Part shown: positions 30,211-39,824 of the stretch, in pieces
Layout: the number at the start of each line of letters is the position of its first letter
Numbering within the stretch: position 1 is the stretch's first letter
Virus record (IMG/VR): IMGVR_UViG_3300020182_000012
DNA from: a virus
Strand: one strand, 5' to 3'
DNA length: 64,000 nucleotides
Made by a program: the position numbers and the translations under genes
Notes under the pieces: generated by a model
Seen by the model: the letters and a program-made list of their open reading frames with translations, nothing else
What the model was told of the DNA's origin: nothing
The model's database searches: none

Positions 30211-31467
30211 ATGGCAAAAGTAGCAGGTATTAAACTTCCCCCAAAAAAAGCACCAGTGGCTCGTAGAAAGCGCAGCAAAGTAGATGCAGCCTGGGATGAT
30301 GCACTACAGATGAGCGGTGCAGCATATCACAAATACCGCCGTCGTGTGTTTGATGCCTACTATGCAGATAAAAAATCAGCAGATGTTTTTCCTGACCTAA
30401 TTGAATGGATGAAAGATGCTGGCTATAGCAGCACCGATGTTAAGCGTATGCGCAAGCATGGGTCTGTAGGGCTTGTGCTAATTGGAATCTACACAAGATG
30501 TCTCCGCAACAATATGCCTGATTTACACCCTGAACACAATGCATATTGGCAAACGTTGCCTGGGTCCACTGGAGACCTGCAACCAATCTCAATTTTTATA
30601 CGCAAAAAGATTGACGAAGCACTTTCCAAAGTTGATGCAGCAGACATGGACGAAGAGGATGAAGTTGTTAAACCAGAAACTGCTCGTCGTACGGTACAAG
30701 AAAACATGCGAGATAAAACCATGGAAATTGGTGGGGAAATTGATGAACTTTTTGATGAATTTGCTGCTAGTGAATACAAAAATCCCGAAAAGTTCTCAGT
30801 TATGAATTTGCTGAGAAGTAAAAGTTGCCCACCGCAGACAATTGATATAATTGCTGGGCCACTTAAAAATCAACTATCTGAGTTAACAGAGTTGATGAAT
30901 CCACCTACGCCTGCAAAACTAAAGAAAATGAGCGAACACGAAAAAGACATGCACGAACAGCTCAAAGAAGGGTATGCACATTTAGGAAAACTACAAATTC
31001 GTGCAATACACAAGTTTCTTGAAAAAGCAATTGCTGACTGTGCAAGTTATGTACAAGTTAAGAAAGTAGAACGCAAGCCACGTGCAGTCAAGCAAAAGAC
31101 ACCAGCGCAAATTGTACGCAAGTTCAAGTATCTTAAAGAGTTTGCAGATTTAAAGTTAACCAGTGTTAGTGCAGAAAAACTAGTAAATGGCAGCGAAGCT
31201 TGGTTGTACAATACATCAACACGAAAATTGATACATCTTGTTGCAGATGATATGACTCAAACGTATACTATTAAGAGCAACACAGTTATCGGGTACGATC
31301 CTAGTAAGAGCGTGAGTAAAACATTGCGCAAGCCAGCAGAGCAACTTAAAGCATTCTTAAAAGGCGGTAAACCTGCTTGTCGGAAGGTTTTTCAAGACAT
31401 CAAAGCCACTGAGGTAAAGTACAACGGTCGTGGAAATGATCATGTAGTAATACTCAAGGCTTGGTGA
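30211..31467 (+). CDS. Hypothetical phage protein
   Basis: AGGAG RBS; basic C-terminal domain (WLYNT..RKL, SKTLRKP..QL, NGRGN..VILK). Confidence 0.75.
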   Translation: MAKVAGIKLPPKKAPVARRKRSKVDAAWDDALQMSGAAYHKYRRRVFDAYYADKKSADVFPDLIEWMKDAGYSSTDVKRMRKHGSVGLVLIGIYTRCLRNNMPDLHPEHNAYWQTLPGSTGDLQPISIFIRKKIDEALSKVDAADMDEEDEVVKPETARRTVQENMRDKTMEIGGEIDELFDEFAASEYKNPEKFSVMNLLRSKSCPPQTIDIIAGPLKNQLSELTELMNPPTPAKLKKMSEHEKDMHEQLKEGYAHLGKLQIRAIHKFLEKAIADCASYVQVKKVERKPRAVKQKTPAQIVRKFKYLKEFADLKLTSVSAEKLVNGSEAWLYNTSTRKLIHLVADDMTQTYTIKSNTVIGYDPSKSVSKTLRKPAEQLKAFLKGGKPACRKVFQDIKATEVKYNGRGNDHVVILKAW

Positions 31468-31501
31468 TAATGCTAAATACTGTATAAGGACGGCAGTATA
31501 A

Positions 31502-32275
31502 ATGGCAACAGTAACACTTGATCAAACACTTGATACTCTCAAGCAACAAACAATCGATTATGTAAAGCTTCAGCTCGGAGACGGAATGATTGATTTGGAA
31601 CTTGATGCAGAGCACTACGAAGCATCGTATCAACGAGCCCTTGGCACATACCGCCAACGAGCAGAAAATGCGTTTGAGGAAAGTTATAACTTTCTAAAAT
31701 TGCAAGATGGTGTAAATGTTTACACACTGCCCAGTGAAATACAAACTGTTAGGCAAGTGTTCAGAAGAACCATTGGGTGGGACAACGGCGGAGAAGGTAG
31801 TGCGTTTGAACCGTTTAGTTCAGCTGCACTTAACACATACTTGTTGAATGGTAACACCATGGGCGGACTTGCTACATATGATTTTTATAGCCAGTATGTT
31901 GAGCTTACTGCTAAGATGTTTGGTGGATTTTTGAATTACACTTACAATAGTGCATCTAAGGAGATAACACTAATGCGTGATATCAAGGGCAGCGGTGAAG
32001 TTGTATTGCTTTGGTGTTACAATCTGCGACCCGAAGCACAACTACTCAGCGATTTTTCTATCTCGCAATGGATAAAGGATTATATGATTGGCAATTGTAA
32101 ACTAATGATCGGCGAAGCCAGAGAAAAGTTTGCTACTATTGCTGGACCCCAAGGCGGTACTGCACTAAACGGTGCACAAATGAAAGCCGAAGGATCTGCT
32201 ATCATGGCTGAAAAAATCGAAGAGCTTAAAAACTATGTTGACGGCTCACAGCCTCTTACTTGGGTAATTGGATAA
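31502..32275 (+). CDS. gp13: Neck protein (T4 gp13-like)
   Basis: LG...IDLELD..HY, WIKDY....K..IG..R.KF..I.GPQGG..LNG. Confidence 0.85.
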   Translation: MATVTLDQTLDTLKQQTIDYVKLQLGDGMIDLELDAEHYEASYQRALGTYRQRAENAFEESYNFLKLQDGVNVYTLPSEIQTVRQVFRRTIGWDNGGEGSAFEPFSSAALNTYLLNGNTMGGLATYDFYSQYVELTAKMFGGFLNYTYNSASKEITLMRDIKGSGEVVLLWCYNLRPEAQLLSDFSISQWIKDYMIGNCKLMIGEAREKFATIAGPQGGTALNGAQMKAEGSAIMAEKIEELKNYVDGSQPLTWVIG

Positions 32276-32652
32276 TGAGAGCAGAAGAATTCATCACTGA
32301 ACACGAAATGGTTTTTAGTCGTACAGGTAACAAACTAAAAACCAAATGGCGTTGTACTAGCGGCCCACGAAACGGTCGTGTTGTTAGCAACGCAAAAGAT
32401 TGCGATGCTCCAATTGATCAGGCCAAGCGAGCTCAAATGAAGAAGACTCGCAAGACCAAGAGTGCTCAAGCAGCTCGCAAAGCTAAGAAGACCAAACGTG
32501 TAAATCCAGCTAGTAAGTTGTTAAGCATGCTCAACAAGATGCGCAAGTCTAGTGTTACCAGCGGCGGCAAAGTACAAAAAGCGTACAAGCCACCAAAGAG
32601 TAGCCTTAAAGGCACAACTGGAACTAAAAAAACAGTCAAGCCAAGAAAATAG
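32275..32652 (+). CDS. Basic putative capsid internal protein
   Basis: MRAEEFITE leader followed by a Lys/Arg-rich body. Confidence 0.65.
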   Translation: MRAEEFITEHEMVFSRTGNKLKTKWRCTSGPRNGRVVSNAKDCDAPIDQAKRAQMKKTRKTKSAQAARKAKKTKRVNPASKLLSMLNKMRKSSVTSGGKVQKAYKPPKSSLKGTTGTKKTVKPRK

Positions 32653-32680
32653 TTGACAACAGTGTTAAATCTGTTATACT
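32653..32680 (+). promoter_or_regulatory. Sigma70-type promoter, likely giving a leaderless mRNA
   Basis: TTGACA-16 nt-TATACT, ATG 6 nt later. Confidence 0.7.
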
Positions 32681-32686
32681 AAAATT

Positions 32687-33211
32687 ATGACAGATATAAT
32701 GATTGATATTGAAACTGTAGGTACAGGTCCTAACGCCTGTGTACTTACAATCGCAGCCCAGACATTTGATCCAGCTGGGTCCGGGTATCTCCCACAAGAT
32801 TATTATGCAAGGATCGATGTTGACAGTCAACCCGACAGAGATGTTGATGATGCTACAGTTGCTTGGTGGGCAACTCAGCCGGCTGAAGCACAAGCAGAAG
32901 CATTTAGTGACGAAGGACGTATTCCGCTCAAACAATCACTGGAAGAACTAAGTAAACTGTGTTTTCACTGCAATCTTATTTGGGCCAATGGTACAACATT
33001 TGATATGGTTATACTTGAAAATGCATACAAACAACAAGGGTTGCCTATTCCGTGGCAGTTTTGGCGTGTTCGTGATGCAAGAACAGTATATAGTTTGTAC
33101 CCAGACTTGCCTAAACCTAAAGCAAGTCATCACGCACTAGAAGATTGCAAACGGCAGATTGATTTGCTACAGCAGACACTAGCATACCTTGGAGTAAAAA
33201 AACTACGATGA
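32687..33211 (+). CDS. DEDDh 3'-5' exonuclease (RNase AS / ExoVIII N-terminal-like)
   Basis: MIDIET, WANG..FD, RDART, HHALED motifs. Confidence 0.85.
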   Translation: MTDIMIDIETVGTGPNACVLTIAAQTFDPAGSGYLPQDYYARIDVDSQPDRDVDDATVAWWATQPAEAQAEAFSDEGRIPLKQSLEELSKLCFHCNLIWANGTTFDMVILENAYKQQGLPIPWQFWRVRDARTVYSLYPDLPKPKASHHALEDCKRQIDLLQQTLAYLGVKKLR

Positions 33212-33813
33212 CACAGATACCAATTGTAAATGGAACCAATGGGCAAACCTGGATGGAACTCTGGGAAACCGAAGAATACAACAGTAGCAAGAAATTGCAA
33301 TGGGAGGCAGTTGACCAGTATCTCAATCAATCCGTTAGCATTAGTTGCGAAATCGGGTGCGGGCAAGCATACGACAGTCTTTGGTTTCAGCAAGCATATG
33401 GAACTGAGGTTTATCTGATTGAAGGTGTTAGTGAGAAGAACAATAAAGAACAAGCTCGACAAGGAAAGTTTGGACAAGCTGATAATTTTGTTTACTATCA
33501 TAGCAAAGCCGAACTAAATGCCGAATGGGATAGATTAGAGTTACAAAGAACGCATCTTACTCCCGAGGACTGCGACAAACTAAAAAAATCTACAACGTTT
33601 GATCTAATCTTTAGTTTTAAAAGTTGTGGCGCACACTATCCAATGAGCACCTACACTGACTTTATTCGCAAGCACATCAACAAAAACACAAGATTGATTT
33701 TTGACTTGCGAAACGGACAAGATACGTTTAACAGCATTGGTATAGATTATGAAATTGTTAACGTGATCGCAACCAGCAAAAAACACAAAACTGTAGAATT
33801 AAAACTTATATAA
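33208..33813 (+). CDS. SAM-dependent methyltransferase-like protein
   Basis: EIGCG motif I, FDLIFS..S.G.HYP. Confidence 0.6.
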   Translation: MTQIPIVNGTNGQTWMELWETEEYNSSKKLQWEAVDQYLNQSVSISCEIGCGQAYDSLWFQQAYGTEVYLIEGVSEKNNKEQARQGKFGQADNFVYYHSKAELNAEWDRLELQRTHLTPEDCDKLKKSTTFDLIFSFKSCGAHYPMSTYTDFIRKHINKNTRLIFDLRNGQDTFNSIGIDYEIVNVIATSKKHKTVELKLI

Positions 33814-33824
33814 CCAAAGCTAAG

Positions 33825-34898
33825 ATGGCACAAATGGAATTAATTTCAACGTTAGAATACGGCAAACGTTTAGATAATATCAAAGAACTAACCAATAACC
33901 ATGTTCTGCATATATTTGATTTTTTTGACCAACAATACCTTGATCAAATATTAAAAAAAGGAACTCCTGGTGCAATTGTAAGTGATGCATATTTAATGAA
34001 ACCTCCTTACTCTAACACAATTCCCTTTTATGGGTTACCAATTTGGATAGCTGAGGACACACTAAAAATCATTGACGGTTACAAATTTGACAGTAATATG
34101 TCCACAACAAACTGTTTTAATTTTATGATCAATATGAAACGTATCAACAGATTTTTATGCATCAAACTTGTTGAAAATTTTAAATTATCTAATTTTGATT
34201 ACACATGGCCTGCTATTGATCAAAATTTTGATATGAGTTATATTCTAGATGAGATAACATCGTTAGGTGATCAAAATCCATTGGATCAAGCAACACAAGC
34301 TTTTATGTTATCGCCAATAAAATTACAAAAAAGATTTATAGAATTTAAAGGAGAGGTCAAATTTGATAGAACTTCAATGGCCCAGGGCGCTGGTGTGGCA
34401 AATTATGGGGGTAATAGCTGGGCGTGGAGAAATGGGTTAGATAAAATGTTTTCAAGTTCGGCTATTTCGTTAATAACTGAATCAGGGGAGACCTCAAAAG
34501 CTGCTGGCTTTACAGAAAAAACAATATTTTCGGTATTAGGGTTAACTTTTCCAATTTGGGTTGGCGGATATAATCAAGCAACCGAATGGAAAGATATTGG
34601 GTTTGACGTGTTTGATGATATAATTGATCATAGTTATCAGTCATATGATACGTTAATAGAAAGATGTTATTATGCATTTGCTAATAATTTAGATCTACTT
34701 TCAAATAAAGATAAATCTGCTAAATTAAGATTATCATGTCATGACCGTTTACTTAAAAATCGAGAATTATTGTTAAACAATCACTTAACGACCATTGTAA
34801 ACAATAAAACAAGCGCCTGGCCACAAGAATTGCAGTCGTGTGTGCCCGAGTTATTGAAATTAACAACCGAAGCCTGGAGAGAGAAAGAAATAATATGA
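33825..34898 (+). CDS. Hypothetical, possible glycosyltransferase (paralog of 9349)
   Basis: LITES...FTEKT...P...G, GFDVFDDIIDHSY. Confidence 0.5.
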   Translation: MAQMELISTLEYGKRLDNIKELTNNHVLHIFDFFDQQYLDQILKKGTPGAIVSDAYLMKPPYSNTIPFYGLPIWIAEDTLKIIDGYKFDSNMSTTNCFNFMINMKRINRFLCIKLVENFKLSNFDYTWPAIDQNFDMSYILDEITSLGDQNPLDQATQAFMLSPIKLQKRFIEFKGEVKFDRTSMAQGAGVANYGGNSWAWRNGLDKMFSSSAISLITESGETSKAAGFTEKTIFSVLGLTFPIWVGGYNQATEWKDIGFDVFDDIIDHSYQSYDTLIERCYYAFANNLDLLSNKDKSAKLRLSCHDRLLKNRELLLNNHLTTIVNNKTSAWPQELQSCVPELLKLTTEAWREKEII

Positions 34899-35392
34899 GC
34901 AAATTTAAATTATTAGTAATCGGGCATGGCCGCCATGGCAAAGATACTGTTTGTGAATTGCTCAGAGACAACTATGGATATACATTTGAGAGCAGTAGTA
35001 AATTTTGTAGTAAACAATTTATATACAATGATCTAAGGGAAAAATATGGATATGCTAATGAAGAAGAGTGTTATGCTGACAGGCACAATCACAGAGCAGA
35101 ATGGTATGATTCTATCTGCAATTATAATGTCACTGATGCAGCAACTTTAGGTAGAGAAATGTTTGCTGCGTATGATATCTATTGTGGGCTACGCAACAAG
35201 CGTGAATTTTTTGCAATGCAAAATACTGGCGTATTTGACTATTGTATTTGGGTAGATCGCAGTATGCATCTAGAAGAAGAGTCAAAAGACTCGATGAGTT
35301 TAGAGCAATGGATGGCTGATTATACCATTGACAACAACGGTACACTAGAAGATTTGAAGTTTAATTTAGATCAGTTAATGTTGCACTTATGA
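34895..35392 (+). CDS. P-loop kinase (dNMP kinase-like)
   Basis: GHGRHGKDT Walker A, R..REF, DYTIDNNGTLEDL. Confidence 0.7.
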   Translation: MSKFKLLVIGHGRHGKDTVCELLRDNYGYTFESSSKFCSKQFIYNDLREKYGYANEEECYADRHNHRAEWYDSICNYNVTDAATLGREMFAAYDIYCGLRNKREFFAMQNTGVFDYCIWVDRSMHLEEESKDSMSLEQWMADYTIDNNGTLEDLKFNLDQLMLHL

Positions 35393-35393
35393 G

Positions 35394-35738
35394 TTAGTCC
35401 TCTATTAGATCTCCAACCTTCCATGGTAGATCTAATCTATTAACTTCGACTGTGCAGTTTAAGCAAACACATCTCAAATTAGCAAGATTGTTATTATTGA
35501 GATTACCATCTATGTGATAGACTAGAATCTGTGCTCCGCTAACCGCATTAAATCCACAACGATCACATGTTGTACTTTTTTTAAATCCGTTCTGTTGCCA
35601 CCTAGGCACAGGCGTTTTTTTGCGACGATTTCTTCTTGTGCAATTATCGCATCTTGTGCGATAATGTGTTTTGCCTTCTTTTTTATAGTTAACAGCAACT
35701 AATCGACGGTTGCATGCGGTACATATGGGTCTATTCAT
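35394..35738 (-). CDS. Zn-binding HNH-like protein
   Basis: Four CxxC motifs; HIDGNLNNNNLANLRCVCLNC. Confidence 0.7.
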   Translation of the reverse strand: MNRPICTACNRRLVAVNYKKEGKTHYRTRCDNCTRRNRRKKTPVPRWQQNGFKKSTTCDRCGFNAVSGAQILVYHIDGNLNNNNLANLRCVCLNCTVEVNRLDLPWKVGDLIED

Positions 35739-35800
35739 GCATTTATTTATATTAAAACCTTTGCAAAGGGCACTCTAAGGGGCTGGAATTCGTATATTTT

Positions 35801-35808
35801 TATAAATA
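35801..35808 (+). promoter_or_regulatory. Late promoter TATAAATA for the sheath gene
   Basis: Exact consensus; a divergent copy lies at 35744-35751 (-). Confidence 0.75.
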
Positions 35809-35844
35809 TCATTAGCGAATACTTTTACAAAGGAAGCAATTAAC

Positions 35845-38800
35845 ATGGCACTAACATCCCCAGGCGTAGAAGTTACAATCATCGACGAAAGTAACTATCT
35901 TCCAGCCCCAACTAATTCAGTTCCGTTTATTCTTGTTGCAACAGCACAGAATAAAGTAAGCGGAGCAGGTGTTGGCGTAGCAGCCGGCACTACAGCAGCA
36001 AATGCAAACAAACCTTACTTGATCACTTCACAAAGAGATCTAGCAGCAACATTCGGTACACCGTTTTTCTACAGCACAAGTGCTGGTACAAGTATTAATG
36101 GATACGAACTCAATGAATATGGGTTACTTGCTGCATACTCAGTTTTGGGTATTAGTAATAGAGCGTATGTACAAAGAGCAGACATTGATCTGGCTGCATT
36201 AACTGCAACAACGACTCGCCCAACAGGTGACCCATCAGACGGTGCATATTGGTTAGACACTGGCACAACAGTCTGGGGTGCATTCCAGTGGAGCGATTCA
36301 ACAGAAACATTCACTGCCAAGACTCCGATTGTTATCACTAACACAAGCGATCTTGCAGCCGGTATACCTCTTGATTCAATTGGTAGCATCGGGGATTACG
36401 CAATTGTAACAACTAACAAAAACAATCCAATGTATTACAAAACTGCCGGTAACGCAGACAGTAGTCCAGCAGTGTCAGCTAATACATGGGTACTAGTCGG
36501 TAGTGATGATTGGAAAAACAGTTGGCCTTCGATTACAAGCTCAACAACTAATCCAACACTAACAACGGCTCAGAGTATCTATATAAATGACGTTGAAGTT
36601 ACACTAAGCGGCACAACAGTTGCTGAATTAGCAGTAGATATTAACAACGCAGCCATTGCAGGTATTAGTGCCAACGTATCCAATGGTAAGTTAAACATCT
36701 ATATCGATAGCAATGGTTCCAACGACGGGTCTACAGACGACGGCAATGGCATTGCTATGGTAGAAAACGGTAACAGTACAACTTTGCTTACAGAGCTAGG
36801 TATTACAGCACGACAGTATTATGCTCCTGTACTGCAAATGTCACCACACTACCAAAACCCAAGCTGGGCTGCAACAGGCACAGAACCGCATCCAACAGGA
36901 AGTGTTTGGGCAAAAACAACAAATGTTAATGCAGGTGCTAATATCGTTGTTAGAAAATATGACATTGCAACTGATACATTTATTACACAAAACACTCCAG
37001 TATATGCAAGTGACCAAGCAGCACAAAAAGCTCTTGATCCATCAGGTGGCGGTAAAAATATTGTAATTGGTGCGCTATATGTAAGAAATAATGTACAAGA
37101 AAATGATACATTTACTTACAAGGTGTTTGAACGTTATTCTACTGGTGCAACATTAATTACCGGTGATAATACGGCTCCAACGTTTACTAGTGCAAATCAG
37201 TTTACTATTCAAGCTAGTGCTGCTAACAGTACAACAATGACTACCGCAGTAACAGCAACACTAGCTGGCACTACTGCAACAGATTTTGTAACAGCATTCC
37301 TTGCAGCCAATGTTGCAAATACAACTGCAAGAGTACTATCAACTGGTGCTGTTCAAATTGAGCACACTTTAGGCGGAAACATTACACTTAAAGATACAAC
37401 TGGCACTCCTGTAAGCGATGCTGGAATTAATTCAACTGTGCAAGGTGTAGACACTGGCAACAACAGTGATCTTTTACTAAGCGGATGGGAAGCACTTGGC
37501 GGCACTGACAGTTACACTAATAGTGCAACACCACCAAGCACTGACCCAGCAGACGGTACAAACTGGTATTACAGTGCAACTGACCAAGTTGACATCCTAG
37601 TTAACAGCGGCGGCGCTTGGAAAGGTTATCAAAATGTTTCAAGCGATCAACGTGGTTACAACCTAAGTACATGTTCGCCGAACGGTCCAATTGTTTCTGC
37701 AACTGCACCAACAAAGCAAAGTGACGACAGTGCACTAGTATATGGTGACTTGTGGGTGTCAACAGCAGACCTAGATAACTATCCAACAATATATCGTTGG
37801 CAGTCGGTTAACAGTGTGGATCAATGGGTACTACTCGATAACACTGATCAAACAACACAAAATGGTATTGCATTCCTAGATGCACGTTGGGCCACTAATG
37901 GTACAACTGATCCAATCACAGGAGACATTCCGACAATCAAGAGCTTGCTAACAAGCGATTATCTTGACATTGACGCACCGGATGCTACACTATATCCGGA
38001 AGGCATGTTGCTTTGGAATACTAGACGCAGTGGCTTTAATGTTAAGAGCTACGAAGTTAACTACTTCAATGCTGCTGATTTCCCAAATGATGTGTTGCCA
38101 ACTGAAAAAGCCGCTTGGGTAACAGCTAGTGGCAATCAAACTGATGGCTCTATGTATGCTGGCCGCAAGGCAGTAAGAGCAATGGTTGTTGCTGCACTGA
38201 AAGCTAGTATCGATGGTGCACAAGAACTTCGTGAAGAGCAAAGACAGTATAATTTGATTGCATGCCCAAACTACGAAGAGCTTGCAAGCAATATGATTGC
38301 ACTAAACAACGAGCGTAACAACACAGCATTTGTTATCGGCGACACACCAATGCGTCTAGCAGATAACGCCACAGATATTGTCAATTGGGCAACCAACGCA
38401 AACGGCAACGGTCTGTCAGTAGCTGATCCATATTATGGTGTGTTCTATCCAAGTTGTCAAACAACTGACCTAAGTGGTCAAATAGTAGTTGCTCCTTCAT
38501 CGCATATGATGTTGAGAACAGTTGTTCGCAGCGATGATGTTGCTTATCCTTGGTTAGCACCAGCTGGTACTCGCAGAGGCACAGTTGATAATGCTAATGC
38601 ACTTGGTTATGTAAACGCACAAACAGGCGCATTTACACAAACAGCAATTCGTCAGGGCCTACGTGATACATTGTACGAAAACAGTATTAACCCGATTACA
38701 TTTATTCCGGGCAGTGGTATACTTAACTATGGCAACAAGACAACATCTTCTGCAACTGCACTAGATAGAATTAATGTTGCAAGACTAGTAGCGTTTATCC

Positions 38801-39105
38801 GTGGTAGACTTGAAGTTATTGCTAAGGGCTTTGTATTTGAACCAAATGATAAACTCACAAGAGACGAAATTAAAAACTCAATCGAAAGTTTGATGATCGA
38901 CTTGGTTGCAAAACGTGGTCTTTACGATTACTTGGTAGTATGTGATGAATCAAACAACACACCGGCTAGAATTGACAGAAACGAACTATATGTTGATGTT
39001 GCAATTGAGCCAGTTAAAGCTGTTGAATTCATCTTTATTCCGGTTAGAATTAAGAACACAGGCGAGATTGCTGCTGGTAACGTAGCATCCTCATCGGCTG
39101 TTTAA
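35845..39105 (+). CDS. gp18: Tail sheath protein (T4 gp18-like) with large insertion domains
   Basis: LTSPGVEV..IDES N-terminus, PWLAPAG.RRG, RINVARL, FEPND, IDRNEL. Confidence 0.95.
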   Translation: MALTSPGVEVTIIDESNYLPAPTNSVPFILVATAQNKVSGAGVGVAAGTTAANANKPYLITSQRDLAATFGTPFFYSTSAGTSINGYELNEYGLLAAYSVLGISNRAYVQRADIDLAALTATTTRPTGDPSDGAYWLDTGTTVWGAFQWSDSTETFTAKTPIVITNTSDLAAGIPLDSIGSIGDYAIVTTNKNNPMYYKTAGNADSSPAVSANTWVLVGSDDWKNSWPSITSSTTNPTLTTAQSIYINDVEVTLSGTTVAELAVDINNAAIAGISANVSNGKLNIYIDSNGSNDGSTDDGNGIAMVENGNSTTLLTELGITARQYYAPVLQMSPHYQNPSWAATGTEPHPTGSVWAKTTNVNAGANIVVRKYDIATDTFITQNTPVYASDQAAQKALDPSGGGKNIVIGALYVRNNVQENDTFTYKVFERYSTGATLITGDNTAPTFTSANQFTIQASAANSTTMTTAVTATLAGTTATDFVTAFLAANVANTTARVLSTGAVQIEHTLGGNITLKDTTGTPVSDAGINSTVQGVDTGNNSDLLLSGWEALGGTDSYTNSATPPSTDPADGTNWYYSATDQVDILVNSGGAWKGYQNVSSDQRGYNLSTCSPNGPIVSATAPTKQSDDSALVYGDLWVSTADLDNYPTIYRWQSVNSVDQWVLLDNTDQTTQNGIAFLDARWATNGTTDPITGDIPTIKSLLTSDYLDIDAPDATLYPEGMLLWNTRRSGFNVKSYEVNYFNAADFPNDVLPTEKAAWVTASGNQTDGSMYAGRKAVRAMVVAALKASIDGAQELREEQRQYNLIACPNYEELASNMIALNNERNNTAFVIGDTPMRLADNATDIVNWATNANGNGLSVADPYYGVFYPSCQTTDLSGQIVVAPSSHMMLRTVVRSDDVAYPWLAPAGTRRGTVDNANALGYVNAQTGAFTQTAIRQGLRDTLYENSINPITFIPGSGILNYGNKTTSSATALDRINVARLVAFIRGRLEVIAKGFVFEPNDKLTRDEIKNSIESLMIDLVAKRGLYDYLVVCDESNNTPARIDRNELYVDVAIEPVKAVEFIFIPVRIKNTGEIAAGNVASSSAV

Positions 39106-39121
39106 TACTATTAAAATACAT

Positions 39122-39147
39122 GAAAATGGAGCCTCGGTTCCATTTTC
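39122..39147 (+). terminator. Putative terminator between sheath and tube
   Basis: GAAAATGGAGC-CTCG-GTTCCATTTTC; a new late core follows at 39165-39170. Confidence 0.6.
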
Positions 39148-39193
39148 TTGTGACATAATTAAGATAAATAAGTACGTAATAGGAGAATAAAGA

Positions 39194-39811
39194 ATGGCCG
39201 TATCATCGCTATCAAGAATGACAGTGCCTTTGGCTAGTGACCAGAGTAGTCCAACACAGGGACTGTTAATGCCTAAGCTAAAATACCGATTTAGAGTGGT
39301 ATTTGAAAACTTAGGTGTGTCAACCCCAAGAACAGAGCTAACCAAACAGGTAATGGATTTCAACCGCCCTAGTGTGTCTTTTGAAGAAATCCCAATTGAA
39401 ATTTACAACAGTAGAATGTACCTAGCTGGCAAGCATACTTGGGCCACAACAACTGCTAACTTCCGTGACGATGCTGGCGGTAACGTAAGCAAACTAATTG
39501 GCGAACAGCTACAGAAACAACTAGACTTCATGGAACAAGCTTCTGCAAGTTCTGGCATTGATTATAAATTCACTACACGTTGTGAAATTCTTGATGGCGG
39601 AAACGGCACAAGTGAGCCAGTTGTACTAGAAACATGGGAAATGTATGGTTGCTTTATTACTGAAGCAAACTACGGTGATCTAAATTATGGTTCAAATGAA
39701 CCAGTAACTATTGGTATGACAATGCGTTTTGATAATGCTATACAAACACCAATTGGATCCGGTGTAGGTGCAGCCGTGGGTAGAACACTAGGTGATGTAG
39801 TTTCCGGCTAA
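39194..39811 (+). CDS. gp19: Tail tube protein (gp19-like)
   Basis: Follows the sheath; YLAGKHTW, W...GCF, YG.L.Y, FDNA. Confidence 0.85.
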   Translation: MAVSSLSRMTVPLASDQSSPTQGLLMPKLKYRFRVVFENLGVSTPRTELTKQVMDFNRPSVSFEEIPIEIYNSRMYLAGKHTWATTTANFRDDAGGNVSKLIGEQLQKQLDFMEQASASSGIDYKFTTRCEILDGGNGTSEPVVLETWEMYGCFITEANYGDLNYGSNEPVTIGMTMRFDNAIQTPIGSGVGAAVGRTLGDVVSG

Positions 39812-39824
39812 TAAGGAGTAACTT

